A stretch of DNA of 64,000 bases, taken from the NCBI GenBank assembly GCA_050010535.1, contig JBEKKT010000002.1, positions 11,247 through 75,246 of the forward strand, given 5' to 3'. Numbering within the stretch: position 1 is the first letter of the stretch; each line of letters begins with the position of its first letter. The position numbers were made by a program, and so were the translations under genes. The DNA is from Methanomassiliicoccales archaeon. Its GTDB lineage: Archaea; Thermoplasmatota; Thermoplasmata; Methanomassiliicoccales; JACIVX01. Shown piece by piece: positions 20,167 through 29,685 of this stretch. The notes beneath the pieces are model-generated. The model had not been told where the DNA came from. It was given only the letters and a program-made list of their open reading frames with translations, and did no database searches.

Positions 20167-21345
20167 TCAAGCATATCCAGAGAAATATTTGTCTTTTTCA
20201 ATTAAAGGTTTTATTGCACTTGTAGGGATTTCTTCCTTCCATGCCGAGTAAATCTCCCTAAGTGCCGTGTCCTCTCTCTTCCGGCAATAATAGCCCTCTG
20301 TGGTCTTGGTTGAGCTATGCCCTAACGCAATCGAGACAGACTCAATCTGAACCCCTTTATCTACACAGGTCTGGCCGAAAGTCCTTCTGCAGGCCCTGAA
20401 ATCAAGATCCACTCTAGTTTCTCGCTCCACAATGGACTTCAATTTCCTTAGGCCATTGCCAGTGTAGTAGCCATCCCCTTTGTCCTTCATAGCCGGGAAA
20501 AGTGCCTCATTGAGTGGCGCATAGGAAGACACGATCTCAGCTCTAGCCACCAGGTAACGCCGGATTATCGTCTTGGCTGGTGGAAGGATTGGCACTTTCC
20601 TTTCTTCACCGTATGTTCCCTCTCCCTTAGGATGCTTCACAGTCAGGCTCCAAGAGTCCTTGTCGATATCTCCAACCTTCGCCGTTCTCAGCTCCTTGGT
20701 TCTCAGACCTGTGTTCAGAGCAAGAATGACCAAGGCGTATGCCTGCAATCTTCTCCAGTCGCTAACATTGGAGGCGGTTCGGTATATTGTTTCTAAATCC
20801 GGCACCTCCAATGGAGATTGACGTTTGCTCCTCATCTTTGGCAGCATACTGCCGTATTCCATTCTCATCTTGTCCAGAACAGGATTCCCGCAGAATCGCA
20901 GAATAGACCTCAAAGCTGAAATGTTGTGTGCCTGTCCGCTTTCACTCAGTCCTCTCGACCTCTGAAGACGAAGGTAGGCTGAAATCTCTTTTTCAGTCAT
21001 TCTAGTTGGGTCTGTCGTGTCAATCAGACCCCCTTCCTTCAATGACTGGAAATCCTTAGCCATTCTCCGCATTCTCCTTCTTCGCTCTTTCAAGGTCTCT
21101 TCCGCATAGAGGTTTCCGATTCTGTCGAGGTACTTCGTGGCCCAAGTCAGGAAAGGATAGCGTCCCATTGACCTTCCCTCCCTTGGCCTTCCTCTGTTGC
21201 GCTTCTTGACCACAGAGGCCCTATTGCCGATTGTACTCGGTGCATCGGCAAGCCTCGAAGATACATTGTTGACGCATAACGTAAACTTATCGACCGTTTC
21301 CGAAGCCCCGCCTTGGGCATCCGAGGTCGAAACTTCTGGCTTCAT
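20167..21345 (-). CDS. Tyrosine recombinase/integrase
   Basis: GLRTKELR (R), VKHPKG (K), FRACRRTF, LGHSS, YY; start is 21345 (ATGA overlap with resolvase stop) or 21168. Confidence 0.93.
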   Translation of the reverse strand: MKPEVSTSDAQGGASETVDKFTLCVNNVSSRLADAPSTIGNRASVVKKRNRGRPREGRSMGRYPFLTWATKYLDRIGNLYAEETLKERRRRMRRMAKDFQSLKEGGLIDTTDPTRMTEKEISAYLRLQRSRGLSESGQAHNISALRSILRFCGNPVLDKMRMEYGSMLPKMRSKRQSPLEVPDLETIYRTASNVSDWRRLQAYALVILALNTGLRTKELRTAKVGDIDKDSWSLTVKHPKGEGTYGEERKVPILPPAKTIIRRYLVARAEIVSSYAPLNEALFPAMKDKGDGYYTGNGLRKLKSIVERETRVDLDFRACRRTFGQTCVDKGVQIESVSIALGHSSTKTTEGYYCRKREDTALREIYSAWKEEIPTSAIKPLIEKDKYFSGYA

Positions 21346-21950
21346 TCCCGAGATTGCTCCCCATTTTGTACTCTCGCCCTTCGCAAGCGTTGCTTGACAG
21401 CCTGACGACTTAGGCCGACCTTTGCCCCAATATCCCGGAGGCTGAGGCCCTGCGCCCTGAGGCCTAGAATCTCGTCCGTTGTTGCAGGGCTCGGAGGTCT
21501 CCCGAGTTTCTTTCCTTGCGCCCTAGCCCTCGCTAGCCCGTCCTTTGTGCGATCCCTGATTAGCTCGAGCTCAAGTTCCGCAACCGCTCCAAGAACAGTG
21601 AATAGGAGCTTGCCTGCTGGGCTCTTAGTGTCGATTTCCTGGTCCGTGCACACCAAATCCACGCCGTAACGCTGCATCTCTTCTAGTAAGTTGAGGAGGT
21701 TTCTCGTTGACCGGGCAAGACGGTCTATTCGAACGACAAGGATTGCGTCGTAGTGCCGGGCTCTGCCTTCTCCAATCATTTTGTCGAATTGAGGCCTTGA
21801 GGGTGCTGCGCCACTGGCGAAGTCCTTGAATTCGGCGTAGATGTCCCAGCCACGGCGTTTAACAAACTCCCGAAGCTTGATGAGCTGATTCTCTGGGTCC
21901 TGGTCCTTGTCATGACGGGACACTCGGGCGTAAAGCGCAACTTTCGTCAT
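21342..21950 (-). CDS. Serine recombinase (resolvase/invertase family)
   Basis: YARVS, VVRIDRLARS, GKLLFTVLGAVAELE, GRPP and C-terminal HTH. Confidence 0.95.
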   Translation of the reverse strand: MTKVALYARVSRHDKDQDPENQLIKLREFVKRRGWDIYAEFKDFASGAAPSRPQFDKMIGEGRARHYDAILVVRIDRLARSTRNLLNLLEEMQRYGVDLVCTDQEIDTKSPAGKLLFTVLGAVAELELELIRDRTKDGLARARAQGKKLGRPPSPATTDEILGLRAQGLSLRDIGAKVGLSRQAVKQRLRRARVQNGEQSRE

Positions 21951-23518
21951 ACCCCTCCTTCGATAGAAGTCCGGTTGGCTGAACGAATCCTGTCAGACCT
22001 GTGGCCATCTGTCGCATCTTCTCCGGCAGATATTTCTTTCTCGAACCGGAGACAACTGGATAGGGGATTTCCCAATTTGTCTAGGAACTCCTGTCGTACT
22101 GTCGGCGTTCGTATATAGGCCACGATGTCGTCTGCAAGCTTCCTGATGTCCGCATTCCCAAGCACGGTGTCTCCGTATTTGACCTGCGACACATCGACAG
22201 ATGACAGCATTTCGATGATTCTCTCTGTAGCCAGGACCTGCTTTGCGTCTTCCATCAATCTGTCGAAATCAACTCCGACTGATTCCGACAGTCCGACAGA
22301 TGTGGTCGACCATTTGTGGGCTTTTTCAGAATCGTCCTGGTATACGAGACCCGAGTCCCTGAGAGCATAAAGATAATGCTCGCTGAGCACCGTCCTCTTT
22401 ATCGTCTTTCCGAAGTGTGACCTCCACGCCTCCATGATCTCTCTTATCGTCTTCGGCTCCGCACAGAACGGACTGAAGAATTCGTAATATGCGCTTATTA
22501 CATCGCTTCCGAGACCCTTTGCTGTTGGCTCGATTATCAACTGAGCGACCTTGGCGGTGATCCTGAGGTCGTCAACAGAGCCTATGGCATATCTCTCTCC
22601 ATCGGAACACTCAATAACGGGGCGTTGGAGCTGGTGCAGAAGAGTCGACGACTCGAAGATGGAAAGCAACTTCTTGAAGTCCCGCATAGACCGGGGGTTC
22701 GTGGCCTCGAAATGGGCTGCCATTCTTTCACCCCAGAGGTTCACGACCTTAGCCGGCTTCAGATATGTTCTGAGTGCGAACTCCCAGGACCGGAGGGCCT
22801 CGGCGACATCTTTGTCGGGTCGGGACCTCCAAGGGAAGGCGGCTCTTCTCCCCCGGTTCAAGTTGACGGCCTTTCCCTTCTTTTCGCTCCACGCAGGCGT
22901 AAGGGAGAGGTCACGGGTGGAATCCTCATCGCTTCCAGATGGATTGACGCTGACTGCTACGAAGACGGGCCATCCTTCTATGATAACCTTCTTAGTGGAA
23001 TGTTTCCCTTGTCCCTCGGTTATTCGATAAGAAATCTGGTTCTTGTCGTGGGACCTTATCGGCTTCATAAGGTCGAGGAAGTCCCGGTTGCTTTTCGCCT
23101 CCAGGAGGACAATTGTCTTGCCCTTCAAGTCAATGAGATAGGTGTTCTTGTCGATCTCCGTCGCCCATTCCGTGCCATGAATCAAGGAGGTTCGGGAGAG
23201 GTAGCCAGCAACGAGCGTATCCCTTGCGAAGACATCGCTGACCTTGCACACAAGGTGGGACTTGCCTATGCTCGATTCCCCCTGAGGGGCTAGGTTGAGC
23301 GGCTCGGAGCAAAGTCGGCTGTTGAATACAAGTATTATGGAGACTACATTCCCAGGTTCCCCAACGATACCAGACCCCCCCAGGTCATTCACGAGATTCT
23401 CGATAAGGTCCGGATTCGTCAACCTCTCAAAGCTCTCCTTTAAGACATTCTTGTCTTCCTCAACAGATTCTGAGGGTCCGCATGTGGTGTCTGGGTCACT
23501 CTTGTCTGTTGTCACCAC
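21947..23518 (-). CDS. P-loop AAA+/MCM-like putative replication helicase
   Basis: Walker A GESSIGKS, STRDL and PRSMRDF arginine motifs, C-terminal wHTH-like region. Confidence 0.65.
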   Translation of the reverse strand: MVTTDKSDPDTTCGPSESVEEDKNVLKESFERLTNPDLIENLVNDLGGSGIVGEPGNVVSIILVFNSRLCSEPLNLAPQGESSIGKSHLVCKVSDVFARDTLVAGYLSRTSLIHGTEWATEIDKNTYLIDLKGKTIVLLEAKSNRDFLDLMKPIRSHDKNQISYRITEGQGKHSTKKVIIEGWPVFVAVSVNPSGSDEDSTRDLSLTPAWSEKKGKAVNLNRGRRAAFPWRSRPDKDVAEALRSWEFALRTYLKPAKVVNLWGERMAAHFEATNPRSMRDFKKLLSIFESSTLLHQLQRPVIECSDGERYAIGSVDDLRITAKVAQLIIEPTAKGLGSDVISAYYEFFSPFCAEPKTIREIMEAWRSHFGKTIKRTVLSEHYLYALRDSGLVYQDDSEKAHKWSTTSVGLSESVGVDFDRLMEDAKQVLATERIIEMLSSVDVSQVKYGDTVLGNADIRKLADDIVAYIRTPTVRQEFLDKLGNPLSSCLRFEKEISAGEDATDGHRSDRIRSANRTSIEGGV

Positions 23519-23682
23519 GACACCTCCTCCACAATCAATCGCTGAGTGCTGCTTTTCGAGAACACAATATAGAGCCCAACGATTTTCGCCTGCTCAATGA
23601 GCCAAGAGAAGTCATCTGGATACCCTCTCACGACAAGAGCAAATGACTTTCTGCCCCTTCCTTCTTCAGTTAATTCCGGCAT
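23512..23682 (-). CDS. Small hypothetical protein (56 aa, below cutoff)
   Basis: GGAGGGAG SD, then MPELTEEGRGRKSFALVVRGYPDDFSWLIEQAKIVGLYIVFSKSSTQRLIVEEVSW*; stop overlaps the helicase GTG. Confidence 0.6.
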   Translation of the reverse strand: MPELTEEGRGRKSFALVVRGYPDDFSWLIEQAKIVGLYIVFSKSSTQRLIVEEVSW

Positions 23683-23700
23683 CCCACTCCCTCCACAGCT

Positions 23701-24057
23701 TCAGTATCTTCCAGCTTCCGTCAGCCTGTTCTTTACGGTTGCCCCTGACACTCCCCAGAGTTTTCCAATTTGATTGAGAGACCAACCAGCCTTGAGCATC
23801 TTGCATGCCAGTTCTATGTCTATTCGCCTCTTCCTATTGACAGGATAGCCAGCCTTCGCAACGAGTCTCTCATAGACCTCTGGCTTGAACCCATCAATCA
23901 GAGGGCTCTCGTGCTTGTCGGCTCCCGCACTCTTTCTCACGAGCACCAGTTTCTTGGCAGATTTGCCAGGAAGTCTCTCGGGGTTCGGATTCTCACTCAT
24001 CGCTCTCATCCCCAGAGTTCTGATCTTCGTCAGCCTCATCGCCTTCTTCTTCAGCAT
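23701..24057 (-). CDS. HTH DNA-binding protein
   Basis: C-terminal GWSLNQIGKLWGVSGATVKNRL HTH. Confidence 0.7.
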   Translation of the reverse strand: MLKKKAMRLTKIRTLGMRAMSENPNPERLPGKSAKKLVLVRKSAGADKHESPLIDGFKPEVYERLVAKAGYPVNRKRRIDIELACKMLKAGWSLNQIGKLWGVSGATVKNRLTEAGRY

Positions 24058-24268
24058 CTATCCCGGGCTCTTCCTCATCTTCCTGGCCAGATGACCAGCT
24101 CTCTGAATCATCGTACCCATCTACGAAGATGCGAATCGCATAATCAGCCAGCTGGTTGACCTTGGTCTGCTCAGCTCTTGCCACGCTCACGAGCCGCTCG
24201 AAAAGCGGATCCGGAATCGAGATTTTCTTTCCCGTGTGAATCACTCCGCAAAACCCTACTAATAGCAA
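23993..24268 (-). CDS. RHH/CopG-like protein with acidic tail
   Basis: KKISIPDPLFERLVSVARAEQTKVNQLADYAI; start probably GTG ~24244. Confidence 0.55.
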   Translation of the reverse strand: MLLVGFCGVIHTGKKISIPDPLFERLVSVARAEQTKVNQLADYAIRIFVDGYDDSESWSSGQEDEEEPGIDAEEEGDEADEDQNSGDESDE

Positions 24269-24302
24269 ATAATATAATAGTTATTGCGAATATCTCCTGT
24301 TT

Positions 24303-25286
24303 ATGGCAACGAAACGGAATGGCAAACCATCTGGAACGGGCGGGGTAGTGACCGCACACATCAGACATTTGCTGAAATCGCCAACAGAACGGATGATACT
24401 GACATACATGGTTGCGGTATGGCGGATAATTGACTCAGACCCTCGCAAACATATCCCTGTGACCTTGGCAGACCTAGTAGAGCTTGGGATTCCGTCGAGA
24501 AAGGAAGCAGGAAGGACTCTGAAGAAATCGGGATTATCGAGAATAATGCGTGATCTAATTCAAGCTGGTTTAGTCAGGAAAGAGGGACGGGATTTCTTTG
24601 CTCCGACAAATGCCTTGCTGGACTATATTGCGATAGATGGTCTCCTTGAGCGAATGGAAGACACTGATTTTGTTACAATAGATTCCGAGAGACATCTGAT
24701 TATCTGGGGACACTTCAATAGGAGAAAGGATGCCGAGGACAAGATATCCAGGAGTGCGAATAAGCTCAGTACAACGATCAAGGACGAATCACTACGAGAG
24801 GCAGTACTGAGTTACGCAGAGGGCCTCAACAAGAACATAATCGAAAGCGAAGTCTTTAGCCCTGAAGAGAAGGCGTACATGCTAGGGGTGGCGGAAACAC
24901 GCCTGGTGAGTGCATTGGAGCAGTCGAATATCTTCCCTGAAACTGCCAAGAGTCAGGGGAAGGTTGTAGGAATCTCGGGGAGCAAACTAAAGGAATTGGG
25001 GAAGTTCTCAGAACAGAAGCTCACGGAGTTGGAGCTGTATGAACTTGTTGAGAAGCTCACCAAGGATGGCGGGACAGATTTCATAGAGAACGGGCGGTTG
25101 AGAAGGAAGATAAGGACCGCACTCTCACTTGAGAGAAAACACCATCGCCTACGGATTCCACCCAAAAGGATGCAGAGATTGATCAGGACTCTGAATCAAG
25201 TCTGTGCACCGCTCGATTCTCTTAGAATGATAAGGGTCGTTCTCCAATCCGTTCCGGTCTTCTATGAAAAAGGCAGAGATTGGTAA
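24303..25286 (+). CDS. Hypothetical protein with N-terminal wHTH-like domain
   Basis: 327-aa ORF divergent from the mobility operon; LSRIMRDLIQAGLVRKEG resembles a wHTH recognition helix and wing. Confidence 0.6.
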   Translation: MATKRNGKPSGTGGVVTAHIRHLLKSPTERMILTYMVAVWRIIDSDPRKHIPVTLADLVELGIPSRKEAGRTLKKSGLSRIMRDLIQAGLVRKEGRDFFAPTNALLDYIAIDGLLERMEDTDFVTIDSERHLIIWGHFNRRKDAEDKISRSANKLSTTIKDESLREAVLSYAEGLNKNIIESEVFSPEEKAYMLGVAETRLVSALEQSNIFPETAKSQGKVVGISGSKLKELGKFSEQKLTELELYELVEKLTKDGGTDFIENGRLRRKIRTALSLERKHHRLRIPPKRMQRLIRTLNQVCAPLDSLRMIRVVLQSVPVFYEKGRDW

Positions 25287-26100
25287 GCATGTCGAAGATG
25301 CAGTTAGCAGTCAGCAAGTGTCCGATAATGAATCAGAAACGATTCCACGAGATCTAGAAGGAGGTTCGAGAGCCTTGAACGAGGATTGGTTTCTAAAGGC
25401 TTTCTGATCGATTTCAAAGCCCGAAAAAGTAAGTCCCGAGGGAACGCCTTCCTTCAAACGGTGCGAGAAGCACCTCGAGAGGGATCGTCAAGATTTCGAA
25501 AATGTTCCGTCAAAGGCAGCACTCAAGGAAGCTTGCCGTTCTGCAAAAGATTCTGCCTAAGAAATGCAGGGCCTGCATACGGCTCCGATTTTTCCGTGGT
25601 GTAGTCTGACTATGCTCAAAGAAAGCCAAAATGCAACGACGGAATAGCTACAGACCTTAGTTTCTGCGTGGTCAACTAGAGAGTTCAAGATGCCTCGGAC
25701 AATTCCAAGAGGCTTATCCTGATGCGAAGTCACTTATGTCGGGCAATCTCGAAAGTTCTCGGATTTGCGATATCGCCGCTCAGAGCTGTTTATGTTCTCA
25801 CAATTCGTTGCCCACTCGGCAAGGAGCCCTTGGTCATTGACCCTAATGAGTCCATTCACCAGGACATTCTGAACAAGCCCAAAGTGACCTGGGGAAGCAC
25901 GGGCCGAGTAACACTCCCCTTATGGAGGGGTATGGGCCACTCCTCAGACATGAAAGGAAGCTCCATTAAATATCTGAGTCGACGGGGATTAGATAAATTA
26001 GGTTCTGACCCCAACACCACCTAAGCAAAGAAGGACGTTGGGGCGAATCAGAACGACTATCATATGGGAGTCCGAGCACAATCCACTTAGTCGTGAACAA

Positions 26101-27036
26101 TTATTCTACTCTAACCTGGGTGTCTCCCAACCCGCAATGCGCAATCAGCCTCGAGACGAGGCTAACGTTATTGCCTTCACTGGCATGAGTCTCGACCCAC
26201 CACCCGTTGCTGAGTTTCATGGCCGCAAAGAAGTCCTTTCCACTGGGATGTCTTGGCGTCTTGCTAATAAGATAACGTTTCTTACCAGGCCCCCAGGGTA
26301 TCATGCTCTCCTTCAGCCTGCCAGTCCTAATGAGTTCTTCAGCAACTATTACAGGAATCTCCTTGGAGTGGGTGTATCCGACTGTCTTACCCAAGAAGAA
26401 GAGACTCTTCTTTGGCCTGGGGAGTGGAGGAGGGGGCACGACTTCAGTGAAGAGGGGTTCAAACTCGAAGATGGATACGGGTCCAGATACGCCGTCTATA
26501 ATATAGGTTCGGAATACCGATGAGACCGTCTCGAATTTCACCGTCTGCTCCACCTCGTTAAGTTCGGGGGTATACTCGTCTATTATGATGGAGAGGATAG
26601 GTTCATTCTCGACGACACTGGAAATGAAACGGTAGACCTCCTCTTTCACACCATTCTTCTCGAATTTGTCCATGATCTGATGGGATGACTTGTATTCGTC
26701 ATAGAAACTGTCGACGAGGGTCTTCCTCGATGAAATATCTCGCCAAGCCTGGCTGAACCGACTCACCTGTGAAATCACATGGTCATGAATGGAATGTGAC
26801 GAAAGTTCAACCTCCACAATCACCCACTTCTTCCTGGATAGGAGAACGACAAAGCCATCTGGTATGCCTTTTGCGCCCTTCTGGCCACGGGGAACGCCTA
26901 TTCTTCTCCCAGGAAAGAAGACCGCATCATTGCCGAATATTCCCTCGGCATTAATCTCCACAAGATCCTGGAGCTCGCTTTCATCTTTGTACTGGTATGG
27001 GCTGTATCGCACTCCATCCTTCATTAGTACCGTCAA
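26101..27036 (-). CDS. PD-(D/E)XK nuclease with extra C-terminal domain
   Basis: ESELQ...IPDG...IVEVEL...QVSRF restriction-like fold; distinct C-terminal domain after a PPPPLP linker. Confidence 0.65.
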   Translation of the reverse strand: MTVLMKDGVRYSPYQYKDESELQDLVEINAEGIFGNDAVFFPGRRIGVPRGQKGAKGIPDGFVVLLSRKKWVIVEVELSSHSIHDHVISQVSRFSQAWRDISSRKTLVDSFYDEYKSSHQIMDKFEKNGVKEEVYRFISSVVENEPILSIIIDEYTPELNEVEQTVKFETVSSVFRTYIIDGVSGPVSIFEFEPLFTEVVPPPPLPRPKKSLFFLGKTVGYTHSKEIPVIVAEELIRTGRLKESMIPWGPGKKRYLISKTPRHPSGKDFFAAMKLSNGWWVETHASEGNNVSLVSRLIAHCGLGDTQVRVE

Positions 27037-27071
27037 TGAACCCCACCTCTGACCTGCTGAGAATTAGTAGG

Positions 27072-27100
27072 TGCCTTTGCAGGATAATAGTTGTGCTTGA
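27072..27100. repeat. 29-bp duplicated module, copy 1 (candidate minus-strand promoter)
   Basis: TGCCTTTGCAGGATAATAGTTGTGCTTGA, 28/29 identical to 28173-28201. Confidence 0.85.
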
Positions 27101-27110
27101 AGATTGACCC

Positions 27111-27259
27111 AGACTCCACATGGATATGGAACTCTCTAGGATTCTTGAGATTCCTGAATACCAGGATACCGCAAATTACTCGATCTCTATGCGACTCTTG
27201 TCAGGAGTTTGAATCGCTTGGACATCCACAGAGTGAGGAGTGACAAGCTTGAGAGCCAT
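27111..27259 (+). pseudogene. Degenerate copy of the 3' end and downstream flank of the type IIG RM gene
   Basis: Aligns by eye to 35535-35685 with two 1-nt deletions and several substitutions. Confidence 0.9.
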
Positions 27260-27282
27260 TTCCCCTGCCTGAAAAGTGAACC

Positions 27283-28146
27283 CTACGGTAAGTATTTCCC
27301 CGCCATCTCTCCGATGCACATCAGGCACATAATGACTGTGAGAGAGTCCTTTTCAGTAAACTTGCTTGTGTCCCTGCCATGCAGGATAGGATGCCTGAAG
27401 TCCTTGCTATATATTTCGCCGCCATATTTCCGATTGAAAGCCTTGTGGCTCCTGTCGGAGAATCCCCAAATCTCCCCGGCTAGGGCAGCCGACGTCCATT
27501 GGACAGGTTTGCCCTTCTTGCCTAAGACTGGTTTACCACTCACCAATTTGACCCTGCTATTGTATAACGGATCAACGATTCCCTTTGCGACACCTATGTC
27601 CCAGACCAGACCCTCGGCTTGTGGGAGCAACACAGAGACTGATGAGACATAATCCCTGTTCTTATGATGCTCTAGTCCCTTGGTGAGGATATCAAGTCGA
27701 TTCCGTGGAATTCTTGATTGACGGAACAACTTCTCTACGTCATTCAGCATGTCGAGTCTTCTAAATACGGCTTTGAGCTCGTCCCATGCAGCCTCAAGGT
27801 TTTCATCTGGTTTGTACCTGTCATAGCATGCAAAGAGGGCGGCTAGTGATAGCGGACCCATCCAATCAAATTCCTTAATAAACATCTCGAACTCAGGGTC
27901 ATTCATCCTTTCAAATTCCTTAAGGAACCCAGGGCTGGCAATTCCTTTGAGGATGCTCGATGCTAGGGAGAAGTCTGGCGGTTCGATATTAGTAAGTCCG
28001 AACTCTGGCGTTCTCAAATTCTGAGAGATCAATTGAATATGCTTCGTCATTTTCTGTATCTGCTTGACCAACGGATGGATGACCTTGTCAATATCGGACA
28101 TCAGCAAGAATGCCCCGTCGTCTTCCTTCTCATTTGTTCTTTCCAA
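27283..28146 (-). CDS. HEPN-like (Rx4H) protein, candidate RNase/Abi effector
   Basis: LLPQAEG helix motif and C-terminal RHPILHG. Confidence 0.6.
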   Translation of the reverse strand: MERTNEKEDDGAFLLMSDIDKVIHPLVKQIQKMTKHIQLISQNLRTPEFGLTNIEPPDFSLASSILKGIASPGFLKEFERMNDPEFEMFIKEFDWMGPLSLAALFACYDRYKPDENLEAAWDELKAVFRRLDMLNDVEKLFRQSRIPRNRLDILTKGLEHHKNRDYVSSVSVLLPQAEGLVWDIGVAKGIVDPLYNSRVKLVSGKPVLGKKGKPVQWTSAALAGEIWGFSDRSHKAFNRKYGGEIYSKDFRHPILHGRDTSKFTEKDSLTVIMCLMCIGEMAGKYLP

Positions 28147-28172
28147 GCATCATCACCACCACTAGTTGTGGA

Positions 28173-28201
28173 TGCCTTTGCACGATAATAGTTGTGCTTG
28201 A
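28173..28201. repeat. 29-bp duplicated module, copy 2
   Basis: TGCCTTTGCACGATAATAGTTGTGCTTGA upstream of the HEPN-like gene. Confidence 0.85.
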
Positions 28202-28377
28202 GGAGTTTGGCAACTCAAAAGCGAGGCGAGATTCTTTATTTTCAGGGACGTGCAAAGGATGTGACGCCATCATCGGGAGGAGCCGAAGACGTCATCGACC
28301 AAGACTTAGTTCGAATTGAGAGTCTGGGCATCTTTAATACAAGGGAAGCCAATAAAGCATACTTGTGGCCATATAAC

Positions 28378-28701
28378 ATGACGCCCTCGTCTCAGCCACA
28401 AACGCCTCACCAACAGGTGAGGTCATTCTGGATTCTGCGATTCTTCGTGAACCGATATAATGAGGAGCCTAGAGAGAAGCCTGTCTTTGTCCATGATGTA
28501 TGTCAATCGGTTCAGAGAATGATGGACGTCACTCTCCGTGATGATGACATAAAGGTATGTGTTACCTTTCTTGCGGATAAAGAATTACTCGAGACACACC
28601 CAGTTGGATACGGCGTTGCCTATCGTATAAGCGAAAAAGGCTTTGAGGAGTTTCAAAAAAGCAGAGGAATCCTATCTACGATCTTACTCTGGCCTCGCTA
28701 G
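28378..28701 (+). CDS. Small wHTH-like protein
   Basis: VTFLADKELLE...YRISEKGFEEF wing motif; ATG 28378 preferred over 28192. Confidence 0.5.
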   Translation: MTPSSQPQTPHQQVRSFWILRFFVNRYNEEPREKPVFVHDVCQSVQRMMDVTLRDDDIKVCVTFLADKELLETHPVGYGVAYRISEKGFEEFQKSRGILSTILLWPR

Positions 28702-29484
28702 GTGGTGTCTAGCTTGCATCCATTCGATCTGATAACCACTCTGAGTTGTCTTGATGAGTGTCGGAGCAATCCATCCCGACTCAAGACTCACCCAATGCTC
28801 CTCGTCAGCTACGTAGTTGAGTGCATCATCGGCAAAACCGACGTCCGAGATTAGTAGGACCTCAAAGAGGTTAGATCCTGCGTCTTTTACCAGTTTTGAG
28901 AGATTCTCCATGAACGTCCTTACATACTCGGCATTAACCATCTCCGTCTTGTTTCTGACCAGCTCAATCAGTACAAGAGAATCTCGCATGTTGATCACTG
29001 CATCAAACGTGTAAGTACCCTTCTTGCCCTTGATGCTGTGGTCGAAATCAACTATCTCTGGGTTCTTGTTTACGGCTCGATCTATTGATGGAAAAATCCT
29101 CCGCAGTTTCCACACGACATCATCCAATAAGCTATCCTTTGAACGAGGCGAAAACTCAAACACCGTGAGGAAGGCATATGATACATATCTTTCGTTCCAG
29201 TCTTTCAGAGCCTGAGCGGCCCGAATGATTCTTCTCCCAGAAAAAATGGCCAATACTATCATGACAATGAAAGTCAAGATGAAGATCTCGTAGAAGTAAC
29301 TCCAATGCGATCCACCGAATGCGAGAAAAGCTGCATAGATGATTGCCAAACCAACCATTATCATAACCCACCAGAGCGTGAATCTGAAAGTGTCGACCAC
29401 ATCGAACACTTTCTTGGCAAGTTCCAGGGCTTCGGTTTGATCTTGTTCCATTGACTCAGTCGAAGTGGCGTTCTTTGGGTTCAT
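28684..29484 (-). CDS. Two-TM membrane protein with C-terminal Mrr-like nuclease domain
   Basis: Two hydrophobic helices, then IKGKKGTYTFDAVI...LIEL...LLISDVGFADDA. Confidence 0.6.
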   Translation of the reverse strand: MNPKNATSTESMEQDQTEALELAKKVFDVVDTFRFTLWWVMIMVGLAIIYAAFLAFGGSHWSYFYEIFILTFIVMIVLAIFSGRRIIRAAQALKDWNERYVSYAFLTVFEFSPRSKDSLLDDVVWKLRRIFPSIDRAVNKNPEIVDFDHSIKGKKGTYTFDAVINMRDSLVLIELVRNKTEMVNAEYVRTFMENLSKLVKDAGSNLFEVLLISDVGFADDALNYVADEEHWVSLESGWIAPTLIKTTQSGYQIEWMQARHHLARPE

Positions 29485-29685
29485 CCCACATCATCGAATC
29501 TTACGATACAGAATGTGGTATAAGGAGGCTGTTGGAACGCCGTTCAAACGCTTCGGATTATTAGTCGATATCTCTAGAATCGGATTCCAACCTGCATCTT
29601 CTATTACCCCCTCCATTCAAGAAAGGAAGGTGATAGAACGAAACACCAATCCGACGTAACCAACACAAATCGAGGTCAAGAGAAT

